Shown: one piece after another, positions 56,063-64,000 of the stretch | Layout: the number at the start of each line of letters is the position of its first letter | Position numbering within the stretch: position 1 is the stretch's first letter | NCBI GenBank assembly: GCA_017609645.1 | Contig: JAFCDQ010000002.1 | Span: 1,260-65,259 of the forward strand | Length of the DNA: 64,000 nt | From: Candidatus Woesearchaeota archaeon | GTDB lineage: Archaea; Nanobdellota; Nanobdellia; Woesearchaeales; ARS49 | Direction: 5' to 3' | The notes under the pieces: model-generated | Databases searched by the model: none | What the model saw: only the letters and a program-made list of their open reading frames with translations | What the model was told of the DNA's origin: nothing | Program-made: the position numbers and the translations under genes

Positions 56063-59000
56063 TTATTTTCTTTTTCTTCTTCGTTTTACAGAAATAATGA
56101 CAAAGATCAATAAAAATATAGCTGCAATAGAAATGAATATAGTTATTAAAAGCCCGTATTCCCAAATTTCTGATTTAATTTTTGAAAGAACAACATTAAA
56201 ACCAACTGCAGAATCAATATTTGTTTGAGCAGTTTCAACAGTTTCTTCCTCAACATTTTCAGGAGCAACAACAGCAGGAAGCTCAACAACAACTTCTGTT
56301 TCTTTTTCTTCAGTTTTTTGCTCAACAACAGAAACTGCCTGATCAGAAACAGCACTGCTTCCTCCAGAATAACCAGACTTCTTACCTAAAGCATAACCAG
56401 AAAAACTATCTGCAGTAAAAATGCTTCTGCCTTCAGAACAAGAAGCATAAACAGGAGAAAAAGTATTGCCAATTGAAATAATAGCTGCTTTAGTTAGAGG
56501 CAAACCCTCTGCCCTAAAATAATTCAAATTACAATAAGTAACACCCGAACCAACATCTAAAGTAACATTAGCAGGAGAATTAAAACTCACTGCCTTAGAA
56601 CCATTTAAAGAAACAAAATAATTATTTAATATAACATTCCAATTCGTGAATAAACTATCATTAACATTTGAAAGAGAAGCATAAGCAATCTTACCAACAC
56701 TAGCACCTATGCCAAAAACAAAATTAGACAAATTAACAGAAGCATTAGGCAAAGCAACAAAAGAATTACTATTAGAATTAAACAAACTAACATTCTCAAA
56801 AACAACATTATTCAAAACTTTCTTAGGCGGAGATAACTTTGCAGCATACCATTGACGATTACCAGGACTATTATCCTGACCTCCTATAATATAATCACCT
56901 TCAAGATCCACTGCCGCAGCTCTAAGATCTATCATTCCTCCACCAGCAGGATTTGTAGTCCAATTCCATAAAGTATTACCTTTGCTGTCAATCATCACAG
57001 CACGTAATGCCGCATCTCCTACAAGATTTTGAAAACCAACAACAATATAATTATTATTTTGATCAACAGCAATATCATTAAGACCATCCAAACCTGCAGA
57101 AGGATTCTGAGTCCAATTCCAAATCAAATTACCTGCTTTACTTATTTTTACAACACGAAACTGAAAATCAGCACCTCCTGGAGAAGCATCATATCCTGCA
57201 ACAACATAATTACCATCTTGATCAACAGCCAAGCCAGCAATTTGATCATCACCTGCAGAAGGATTTTGTGTCCAATTCCACACTGTTGTACCGTCGCTGG
57301 TTATTTTTACAACCCGCCAAGAAGTGTCTGCCGCACCTTCCACTCTGTCAAAACCAGCAAGAATATAATTATTTTCCTGATCAACTGCAACTGCTTTTAT
57401 TCTATCATGATTTACTGAAGGATTTTGTGTGTAATTCCATATAACATTACCATTAGAATCTAATTTAATAACACGAAACTGTTCAACACCAGGAGTTCTA
57501 TCACTTCCTCCAACAATATAATTATTATCTTTATCGACAGCAACAGAATAAGCCGAGTCGTCACCAACAGAAGGATCTTGAGTAAAATTCCATAAAGTAA
57601 CACCTTGACTACTAACTTTTACAACACGAATTTGCTCATTATCATTTTGTTGACCACAAACAACATAATTATTATCTTGATCAATAGCTAAATCTTGTTC
57701 TTCGTCATCATTATTTGTAATATTTTGAGACCAATTCCACAAAACATTACTATCCTTATTAAGTTTCACCATACGCCAAAATTGTTTGCCAGGATCTTCT
57801 TCACCAAAGAAAACATAATAACCTTCTTGATCAACTTCTATAGCTACAATAGGCTCTCCTCCTCCTGCTTGAGGATTCTGAGTCCAATTCCATTCAGTAA
57901 TTGGCATAACATTAGATTGTATATCAACAACATTCAAACCTGTTGCAAAATTATTGAAAATACAATTCTGAACTTTTGAGTTATTATGAATACTTAAAAC
58001 AGAACTACCTAAATTAATATAATTTCTAATCGTCGAACTATTACAATTTAAAATATAAGAACCATTAAAGATGAAAAAATCATGAATAGCTCTATTCTCA
58101 TAAGTATCTCTGCACAAAGTAATATTATCATTAATTATAAAAGAATTATTATCATTAGAAACATTAAACATTTTATTAAAGATGCTGGAAGTAAAAGTAG
58201 AAACATTAGACAAATTAACACAACCATCATAAACAAACCTTGAAGCATAACCTGAAAAAGAATTCACAGTTGTAAAAGTAGCAATCGAACCTAAACAAGA
58301 TTTAACACTAGGATAAACAACTGATCCGCTGTTGATAATACCTGCTCTCGTCGTATATAAACCCTTAGCTTTATACAAATCAACAAAACAACCAGTTGTA
58401 TTAGTTTCCAAAACAATATCAGCAGTCACATTAAACAAAAAAGCATCTGTCTTAGAAGAATTCAAACTAACAAAATCAGGACGCAAGAAAATATTCCAAT
58501 TAGTGAAAATACTGCCATTAATATCAGTAAGAGAAGAATAAGTAATCTTGCCGACAGTAGAATTATAACCAATAGTAAAGTTAGTAAGGGTAGCAGAAGC
58601 ATTATTCAAACCAACAAAACCAGTACTATTTGTATTAAAAAAAGAAACATTCTCAAAAACAACACCAGTCATAACTTTCTTAGGAGGAGACAACTTAACC
58701 ATACGCCATTCGCCATTACCCCCTCCTAATACTGAATCATAACCTGCAACAAAATAATTACCATCTAAATCAATAGCAATAGAATAAGAAATATCAGAAT
58801 TAGCAGAAGGATTTTGAGACCAATTCCACAAAGTATTAGAATTAACATCTAATTTAGTAACACCCCAACCATCATTACCTGAAGAATCATCAGCACCAGT
58901 GAAAAGATAATTATTATCCTGATCAACAGAAACATCCAAAAGAGTATCTAAAGTAAAAGCACCTATTCCTGGATTTGTAGTCCAATTCCACAAAGTATTT

Positions 59001-60193
59001 CCATTTTTATCAATCTTAACAACACGCCATTCTCTATCCCAATTTCCAGGAATTTGATCAAATCCAGCAATCACATAATCATTATTTTGATCAGCAATCA
59101 CAGCCTGAGCATACTCCCCATTAACAGAAGGATCCTGAGTCCAATTCCACAAAACATTACCATCACTATTTAATTTTACAACACGCCATTGACCATTACC
59201 TGTAACATCATAACCAGCAACAACATAATTATTCTCCTGATCAGCAATTACAGAATGAGCAACATCACTACCTCCTGTAGCATTCTGAGTAAAATTCCAC
59301 AACAAATTACCATTAGAATCAAGCTTTATTACACGCCATTGATCTTCACCAGGAGCCTTATCATAACCTGCAACAACATAATTTCCTTCTTGATCAACTG
59401 CAATAGACCAAATTGCATCATTAGCTCCAGAAGGATTTTGAGTAAAATTCCACAAAACATTACCATCAGAATCTAATTTAACAACACGCCATTCTTGATT
59501 CCCTGGAGAATTATCATAACCTCCTACAATATAATTATTATCCTGATCAACAGCAAGTGCTTGAATACGATCACTATCACCTGAAGCATTCTGAGTCCAA
59601 TTCCATAAAACCGTGCCATCTTTATCCATCTTTACAACACGCCACCGCTCCTCATTAGGAACTTTATCATAACCAGCAAAAACTAAATAACCTTCTTTAT
59701 CAACAATAATCTTCCTTCCACCTGGATCATTATTACCAGAAGGATTCTGAGTCCAATTAAACACTGTATAAGGCACAGTACTATCTTGAATATTAACAAC
59801 ATTAGCACCAGTCATAAAATTCTGAAAAATACAATTCTGAACTTTACTGTTATTATGAATACTCAAAACAGCTTTACCTAAACCAAGTTCATTAACAATA
59901 GTAGAACCATTACAATCTAAAACAAAAGAACCATTAAAAATAAATAATTCAAAAGTAGAATTTCTCCTATAAGTATTTGTACATAAAGTCATATTATCAA
60001 GAATCAAATATGACCTGTTTCCAAAATCAGTAATATTACCTTTCCAAGTAGTAGAATCATCCAAATCCATACAAGGACTAGCCATAATATCAAAAGAATG
60101 CAAACCAGTAATACTTGAATCAAAGAAAGGTATAACTAGAAGAAACAAAGCTATTGCTAACACTAACACAGGGATAAATTCACTAACCCTCAT
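56063..60193 (-). CDS. Large surface glycoprotein with two 7-blade beta-propellers inserted in beta-helix-like modules
   Basis: 14 repeats of WNWTQNPS..D..AVDQ.NNY.V.G....WRVVK; N-terminal signal and C-terminal TM plus KRRRKRK. Confidence 0.85.
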   Translation of the reverse strand: MRVSEFIPVLVLAIALFLLVIPFFDSSITGLHSFDIMASPCMDLDDSTTWKGNITDFGNRSYLILDNMTLCTNTYRRNSTFELFIFNGSFVLDCNGSTIVNELGLGKAVLSIHNNSKVQNCIFQNFMTGANVVNIQDSTVPYTVFNWTQNPSGNNDPGGRKIIVDKEGYLVFAGYDKVPNEERWRVVKMDKDGTVLWNWTQNASGDSDRIQALAVDQDNNYIVGGYDNSPGNQEWRVVKLDSDGNVLWNFTQNPSGANDAIWSIAVDQEGNYVVAGYDKAPGEDQWRVIKLDSNGNLLWNFTQNATGGSDVAHSVIADQENNYVVAGYDVTGNGQWRVVKLNSDGNVLWNWTQDPSVNGEYAQAVIADQNNDYVIAGFDQIPGNWDREWRVVKIDKNGNTLWNWTTNPGIGAFTLDTLLDVSVDQDNNYLFTGADDSSGNDGWGVTKLDVNSNTLWNWSQNPSANSDISYSIAIDLDGNYFVAGYDSVLGGGNGEWRMVKLSPPKKVMTGVVFENVSFFNTNSTGFVGLNNASATLTNFTIGYNSTVGKITYSSLTDINGSIFTNWNIFLRPDFVSLNSSKTDAFLFNVTADIVLETNTTGCFVDLYKAKGLYTTRAGIINSGSVVYPSVKSCLGSIATFTTVNSFSGYASRFVYDGCVNLSNVSTFTSSIFNKMFNVSNDNNSFIINDNITLCRDTYENRAIHDFFIFNGSYILNCNSSTIRNYINLGSSVLSIHNNSKVQNCIFNNFATGLNVVDIQSNVMPITEWNWTQNPQAGGGEPIVAIEVDQEGYYVFFGEEDPGKQFWRMVKLNKDSNVLWNWSQNITNNDDEEQDLAIDQDNNYVVCGQQNDNEQIRVVKVSSQGVTLWNFTQDPSVGDDSAYSVAVDKDNNYIVGGSDRTPGVEQFRVIKLDSNGNVIWNYTQNPSVNHDRIKAVAVDQENNYILAGFDRVEGAADTSWRVVKITSDGTTVWNWTQNPSAGDDQIAGLAVDQDGNYVVAGYDASPGGADFQFRVVKISKAGNLIWNWTQNPSAGLDGLNDIAVDQNNNYIVVGFQNLVGDAALRAVMIDSKGNTLWNWTTNPAGGGMIDLRAAAVDLEGDYIIGGQDNSPGNRQWYAAKLSPPKKVLNNVVFENVSLFNSNSNSFVALPNASVNLSNFVFGIGASVGKIAYASLSNVNDSLFTNWNVILNNYFVSLNGSKAVSFNSPANVTLDVGSGVTYCNLNYFRAEGLPLTKAAIISIGNTFSPVYASCSEGRSIFTADSFSGYALGKKSGYSGGSSAVSDQAVSVVEQKTEEKETEVVVELPAVVAPENVEEETVETAQTNIDSAVGFNVVLSKIKSEIWEYGLLITIFISIAAIFLLIFVIISVKRRRKRK

Positions 60194-60291
60194 AAGGGGA
60201 AAAAAGCCATTTTTATTTAAAAAGAAGCGTCGTCATTTGTGAATCAGAAAAAATAAAAATTTATAAATAGAAGCAAATTTCAAACTAAATT

Positions 60292-60549
60292 ATGAGTAAA
60301 GACATAGACCAATTTCCAGATGAAAAAGAATGCTTAGAAAACGATGTAAAACATCAATTCAACGCTCTTGGCTTCTGCATATGCCAAAAAACAAAATTAG
60401 ACACTTTTCAAGCTAATTCGAACCCAGAATTAATTGATAAGATGACAGAAATAAGAAATAAAATACAATGCAGATACATTGGATTAAACATAGAAACAGC
60501 ACCTAATGGCTATTTTTATTATTTGAACTGCGAATATACAAAAAAGTAA
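60292..60549 (+). CDS. Small Cys-containing hypothetical protein
   Basis: 85 aa; ATG about 25 nt after TTTATAAA. Confidence 0.55.
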   Translation: MSKDIDQFPDEKECLENDVKHQFNALGFCICQKTKLDTFQANSNPELIDKMTEIRNKIQCRYIGLNIETAPNGYFYYLNCEYTKK

Positions 60550-60562
60550 AAAAAAAAATAAA

Positions 60563-60706
60563 CTACATCTTGCCAATCTTAAACATCTTAGTGCCACATT
60601 TAGAACAAGTACCTTTAACACAATCCCTGCCATTCTTCATCTTATCTTGCTTGGCATTCTTCATTTCAGTTTTTTTCCTGCATTTCATACAATATCCTTC
60701 AACCAT
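60563..60706 (-). CDS. Small zinc-ribbon protein (DUF5679-like), not in the ORF track
   Basis: SD GGAGGT; MVEGYCMKCRKKTEMKNAKQDKMKNGRDCVKGTCSKCGTKMFKIGKM. Confidence 0.85.
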   Translation of the reverse strand: MVEGYCMKCRKKTEMKNAKQDKMKNGRDCVKGTCSKCGTKMFKIGKM

Positions 60707-60784
60707 TTTGAGTTACCTCCTTCCCAAACCTTTTTTTTGATTAGTTTAGTAATAAAAACCTCTTTCTATTTATAAATATATAGC

Positions 60785-61390
60785 TTATTTCTGCTTATGC
60801 CTGCCTCTAAGCTCAACTTTTTCAAGCCTTTCAAAGACTGCCTTATAATCAGAATTTCCTTTCTTATACCCTTTTAACACATCATCAAAACACCCAGAGA
60901 AAAATTTGAAATGCCTGCTTTCCAAAGCTCTGGCCAATAAGTGAAGGTCAACAGCCTTATCTTCAGCTTTAGTTGAAAAAAAACTCAAACCAAAATCAAT
61001 GAAATAAATCTTCTTATCTTTCAAAATCATATTAGAAGTTGTAAGATCTGCATGAATAATATCATTAGCATGCATCAAACCAACCTGCTTTCCAATCTCT
61101 TCACAAAATTTCAAAGGCGCTTCATGAAAAACATCACGAAGCTTTTTGCCATCAAGAAAATCCATAGAAATCTTCATATCTTTATCATCAACTTTAATCA
61201 AATCAGGGCAAGGAATTTTAAGTTGTTTTAACTTTTCAAGAACTTTAGCTTCTCTACGAGTTCTAGATCTTCTAAGCAAGAAATCAATCTCAGGCAAACG
61301 ATACTTTCTAACATAACGATCTTTAATAATTATCCTGCCTTTTTTGAAAATCTTAGCTTCAGCACCTTGGGCTATGAGTTTCATAGTCAT
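60785..61390 (-). CDS. bud32: KEOPS complex kinase Bud32
   Basis: QGAEA, RTRREAK, HADLTTSN, IDFGL, EDKAVDL motifs. Confidence 0.95.
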   Translation of the reverse strand: MTMKLIAQGAEAKIFKKGRIIIKDRYVRKYRLPEIDFLLRRSRTRREAKVLEKLKQLKIPCPDLIKVDDKDMKISMDFLDGKKLRDVFHEAPLKFCEEIGKQVGLMHANDIIHADLTTSNMILKDKKIYFIDFGLSFFSTKAEDKAVDLHLLARALESRHFKFFSGCFDDVLKGYKKGNSDYKAVFERLEKVELRGRHKQK

Positions 61391-61395
61391 AAGAA

Positions 61396-62082
61396 TTATT
61401 TTTTACTCTCTTGTTCAGGACCTTTAACAGGTTCTTTTGCTTCTTGAGGGCTGCTTTTGTTTTCTGGCTTTTGCTCAGCAACAAAACGAATAATATTCAT
61501 CTTCTTAGCTTTCTCAGCATCAATAATAGTCAACTGCCTTATCTCAAAAATACCAACAGGAAAAATCTTGCTAAGAGAACGCGCAATACCTGCTTGAAGT
61601 CTTCTGCCAAGAAATTCGCTCACCAAAGTACTGAAATCCTTTAGAGTAAATAATTTAGCCAGCTCAAGCCTGATTTTTTTCCTTATAGCAGTCTGAACAG
61701 AACATTGAGCCTTATTCCTCGTAATTGCAATAGGCTTTATCCTAACAAATTGCTTATCCTTAGTCATAATAACAAAACTATCATCAATTCTTGATTTATT
61801 CCTTCTAACCATCTTCTTAACAGCAGCAGGTAAAATCCTATAACCCCTCAAATCAGTCTTGTAAATGCCATCTTCAAAAGACCTGATGATAAGATTAACA
61901 TGAGTATGCTGTTTTTGAGGCTCGCCTGTAATAGTTCCAAGACCAATATTCATCTTCTTACCTATCATTATCTCAGGATCAGAAATAAAAGTCTCACCTA
62001 TGGCTGCTTCTCTCAACACAGTAGGTGCAACAAGCTTAACCCATCTCTTTTTCACAATCTTGCTACTTTTTTTAACAGCCAT
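61396..62082 (-). CDS. rps3ae: 30S ribosomal protein S3Ae (eS1)
   Basis: K.W..VAP...IGET, VRRNKSRID, TKD..VRIK, KIFP..FEIR motifs. Confidence 0.9.
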   Translation of the reverse strand: MAVKKSSKIVKKRWVKLVAPTVLREAAIGETFISDPEIMIGKKMNIGLGTITGEPQKQHTHVNLIIRSFEDGIYKTDLRGYRILPAAVKKMVRRNKSRIDDSFVIMTKDKQFVRIKPIAITRNKAQCSVQTAIRKKIRLELAKLFTLKDFSTLVSEFLGRRLQAGIARSLSKIFPVGIFEIRQLTIIDAEKAKKMNIIRFVAEQKPENKSSPQEAKEPVKGPEQESKK

Positions 62083-62168
62083 GAACGACGAAAAGCAGGG
62101 GTTTATTTATAAAGCTTACTGTTAGAAAAGCAACTTTTTTAAAGAAGCAGCATAAAAAAATACATATA

Positions 62169-63191
62169 ATGAACCCAGAAGAAAAATTTAATCTGATTAA
62201 GAGAAATACAGCTGAAATAGTCACAGAAGCAGAATTCAAAAAATTGCTTAAAGACAAAAAACAGCCAGCAGTCTACTGCGGATGGAGCATCACAGGAAAG
62301 CCGCACGTAGGATATTTTCTGCCTATATTAAAATTAGCAGACTTTCTAAAAGCAGGATTTAAAGTAAAATTACTTCTAGCAGATTTACACGGCGCATTAG
62401 ACAAAACACCATGGGAGCTTTTAGCAAAAAGATATGATTATTATTTGAATACAATACCTTTAATGTTCAAATGCATAGGCTCAGATACAAAAAACCTAAA
62501 AATTGTAAAGGGCAGTGACTTTCAACTAAGTGCTGATTATTCATTTGACCTGCTTAAATTATCAACAATGTCAACAATACATGATTCAAAAAAAGCAAGT
62601 TCTGATGTTGTTAAGCAAGATGAAAATCCAAAACTATCTGGGTTAATCTATCCATTAATGCAGGCATTGGATGAAGAATACTTAGACGTTGATGTACAAT
62701 ATGGCGGACTAGATCAAAGAAAAATAATGATGTTTGCAAGAGAACATCTGCCAAAAATGAAATACCCAAAAAGAATAGAAGTAATGGGACCATTAATATC
62801 AGGACTGGCAGAAGGCGGCAAAATGAGTGCAAGCATTCCTCACAGCAAAATATGTTTGCTAGACACTCCTGAACAAATAACAAAAAAATTAAACTTAGCA
62901 TTCTGCCCAGAAGGACAAGTAGAAGAAAATGGCGTTCTTGCATTGATGAAATATGTCATCATGGTGCTGAAAGAAGATAATGGAAAAGAATTTATTGTTG
63001 AAAGGCCAGCAAAGTTTGGCGGAGCAGTTAAATACAAAACATACCAAGAACTAGAAAAAGATTACGCAGCAAAAAAACTGCATCCACAGGATTTGAAAAA
63101 ATCTCTTGCAGAAGAACTTACAAAACTTTTAGAGCCAATCAGAAAAGCAATGAAAGAAAAAGAGAAATTAGTCAAGGAAGCATACCCATAA
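62169..63191 (+). CDS. tyrS: Tyrosine--tRNA ligase (archaeal type)
   Basis: TGKPHVGY, ADLH, YPLMQALD, GGLDQRK, KMSAS, LHPQDLK motifs. Confidence 0.96.
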   Translation: MNPEEKFNLIKRNTAEIVTEAEFKKLLKDKKQPAVYCGWSITGKPHVGYFLPILKLADFLKAGFKVKLLLADLHGALDKTPWELLAKRYDYYLNTIPLMFKCIGSDTKNLKIVKGSDFQLSADYSFDLLKLSTMSTIHDSKKASSDVVKQDENPKLSGLIYPLMQALDEEYLDVDVQYGGLDQRKIMMFAREHLPKMKYPKRIEVMGPLISGLAEGGKMSASIPHSKICLLDTPEQITKKLNLAFCPEGQVEENGVLALMKYVIMVLKEDNGKEFIVERPAKFGGAVKYKTYQELEKDYAAKKLHPQDLKKSLAEELTKLLEPIRKAMKEKEKLVKEAYP

Positions 63192-63192
63192 A

Positions 63193-64000
63193 TCATTTCT
63201 TTTTCTTATGATGACTTCTAATATCGAAGAAAGCAGCAACACCCATAACAACTAATCCTAGAGAAACAACAGCTGCAAACACATTCATAGGATTAAAAAC
63301 TCTTCGCGTCTGAACAGTCATTTCAGATTCTGGCGCTTGGAGAGCTAAACTCTGAACAGCCTGATCTGTCTGAGTAGTTTCTGCTTGCGTTTCTGTAGCA
63401 ATAGCTATTGTTGTTGGCGTATCACGTACAGCAGGTCTTTGAACCACCTCTTGTTGTTCAGTATCTACCTCTTGACGTGGATTTCTTTTATCAACATCTC
63501 TTTCTTGATTGTAAACAGGAATATTATTCACAACAGGCACAGGAATTATAGAAATATTTTGTATTACTTGAATAAGTCCATCTTGAGTAGAATAATTCAC
63601 AACAAAAACATAAATTTTTGCAACACTGCATTTAGCAGTCCAAGATTCGAAAACAAAATTAGTTGCATTCAAATCCCCTTTATCATAATGCTCTGAACCA
63701 TTTGTTAAATTACAATTAATTTTATCATAATCCAAACTTACTACAATATTCTCACACCAATCCTTCATACAAACTGCTGAAGAATTAAAATCAAATTCCT
63801 CGTCAACAAAAGCATCATCAGCTAAATTAATTATTGAATCTCCCAGCACTCCTTGAGAATAATTCAAAGTAAAAAAGACTTGAGAAGAATTAACATTATA
63901 AGTCAAATCATCAGCAAAAACAATAACAGAATAATCAGCATCAGCACTAACATCAGGAATATTTATTAAACCATTATTACATCCTGCAAGAGTTTGATTA
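63193..64000 (-). CDS. C-terminal part of a surface glycoprotein (5' end outside the window)
   Basis: Frame open to the window edge; many N-x-S/T sites; Thr/Gln linker, TM and basic tail. Confidence 0.7.
   Translation of the reverse strand, partial: NQTLAGCNNGLINIPDVSADADYSVIVFADDLTYNVNSSQVFFTLNYSQGVLGDSIINLADDAFVDEEFDFNSSAVCMKDWCENIVVSLDYDKINCNLTNGSEHYDKGDLNATNFVFESWTAKCSVAKIYVFVVNYSTQDGLIQVIQNISIIPVPVVNNIPVYNQERDVDKRNPRQEVDTEQQEVVQRPAVRDTPTTIAIATETQAETTQTDQAVQSLALQAPESEMTVQTRRVFNPMNVFAAVVSLGLVVMGVAAFFDIRSHHKKKK

Noticed and set aside
14260-63191. Genome-wide UUG Leu-to-Ser reassignment suggested by the odd tRNA
   Set aside because: TTG sits at conserved Leu positions in TpiA (GSLLNHSE), TyrRS (MQALD, DLK) and AMP phosphorylase (PLSID).
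903-63696. Numerous antisense or alternate-frame ORFs (e.g. 903-1214, 13481-13966, 31336-31935, 49146-49838, 52302-53009, 54829-55479)
   Set aside because: Shadows of real genes caused by strand-biased codon usage; Ser/Phe/Leu-rich with no motifs.

Overview
AT-rich chromosomal segment of a DPANN archaeon, most like Woesearchaeales. The evidence is archaeal ribosomal proteins (eL15, uL16/L10e, eL31, eL39, eS19, eS1), PolB, archaeal-type TpiA and TyrRS, Bud32, AMP phosphorylase, deoxyhypusine synthase, class III signal-peptide pilins, intron-bearing tRNAs and TATA-box promoters. Four tRNA genes are present: a CAA-anticodon tRNA with intron, Thr-GGU, Leu-UAA with intron and Val-GAC. About 36-47 kb is an accessory island of stand-alone genes (pLGIC, nitronate monooxygenase, zincin, class II nucleotidyltransferase, DHH, IMPase, toxin-antitoxin genes, CheD-like, GNAT). 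It is punctuated by attC-like, dif-like and direct-repeat sites, but no recombinase gene lies in the window. The most unusual signals are: (1) a tRNA with a serine-type body but a leucine CAA anticodon; (2) repeated copies of the tRNA-Leu 3' end, each attached to a covarying hairpin; (3) recombination-site-bounded single-gene modules; (4) an apparent operon of a beta-barrel-like protein, a lipoprotein-like protein and a giant Ig/cadherin-like protein; (5) a uORF ahead of the dys-decarboxylase operon. All calls come from motif recognition by eye; no database searches were run.
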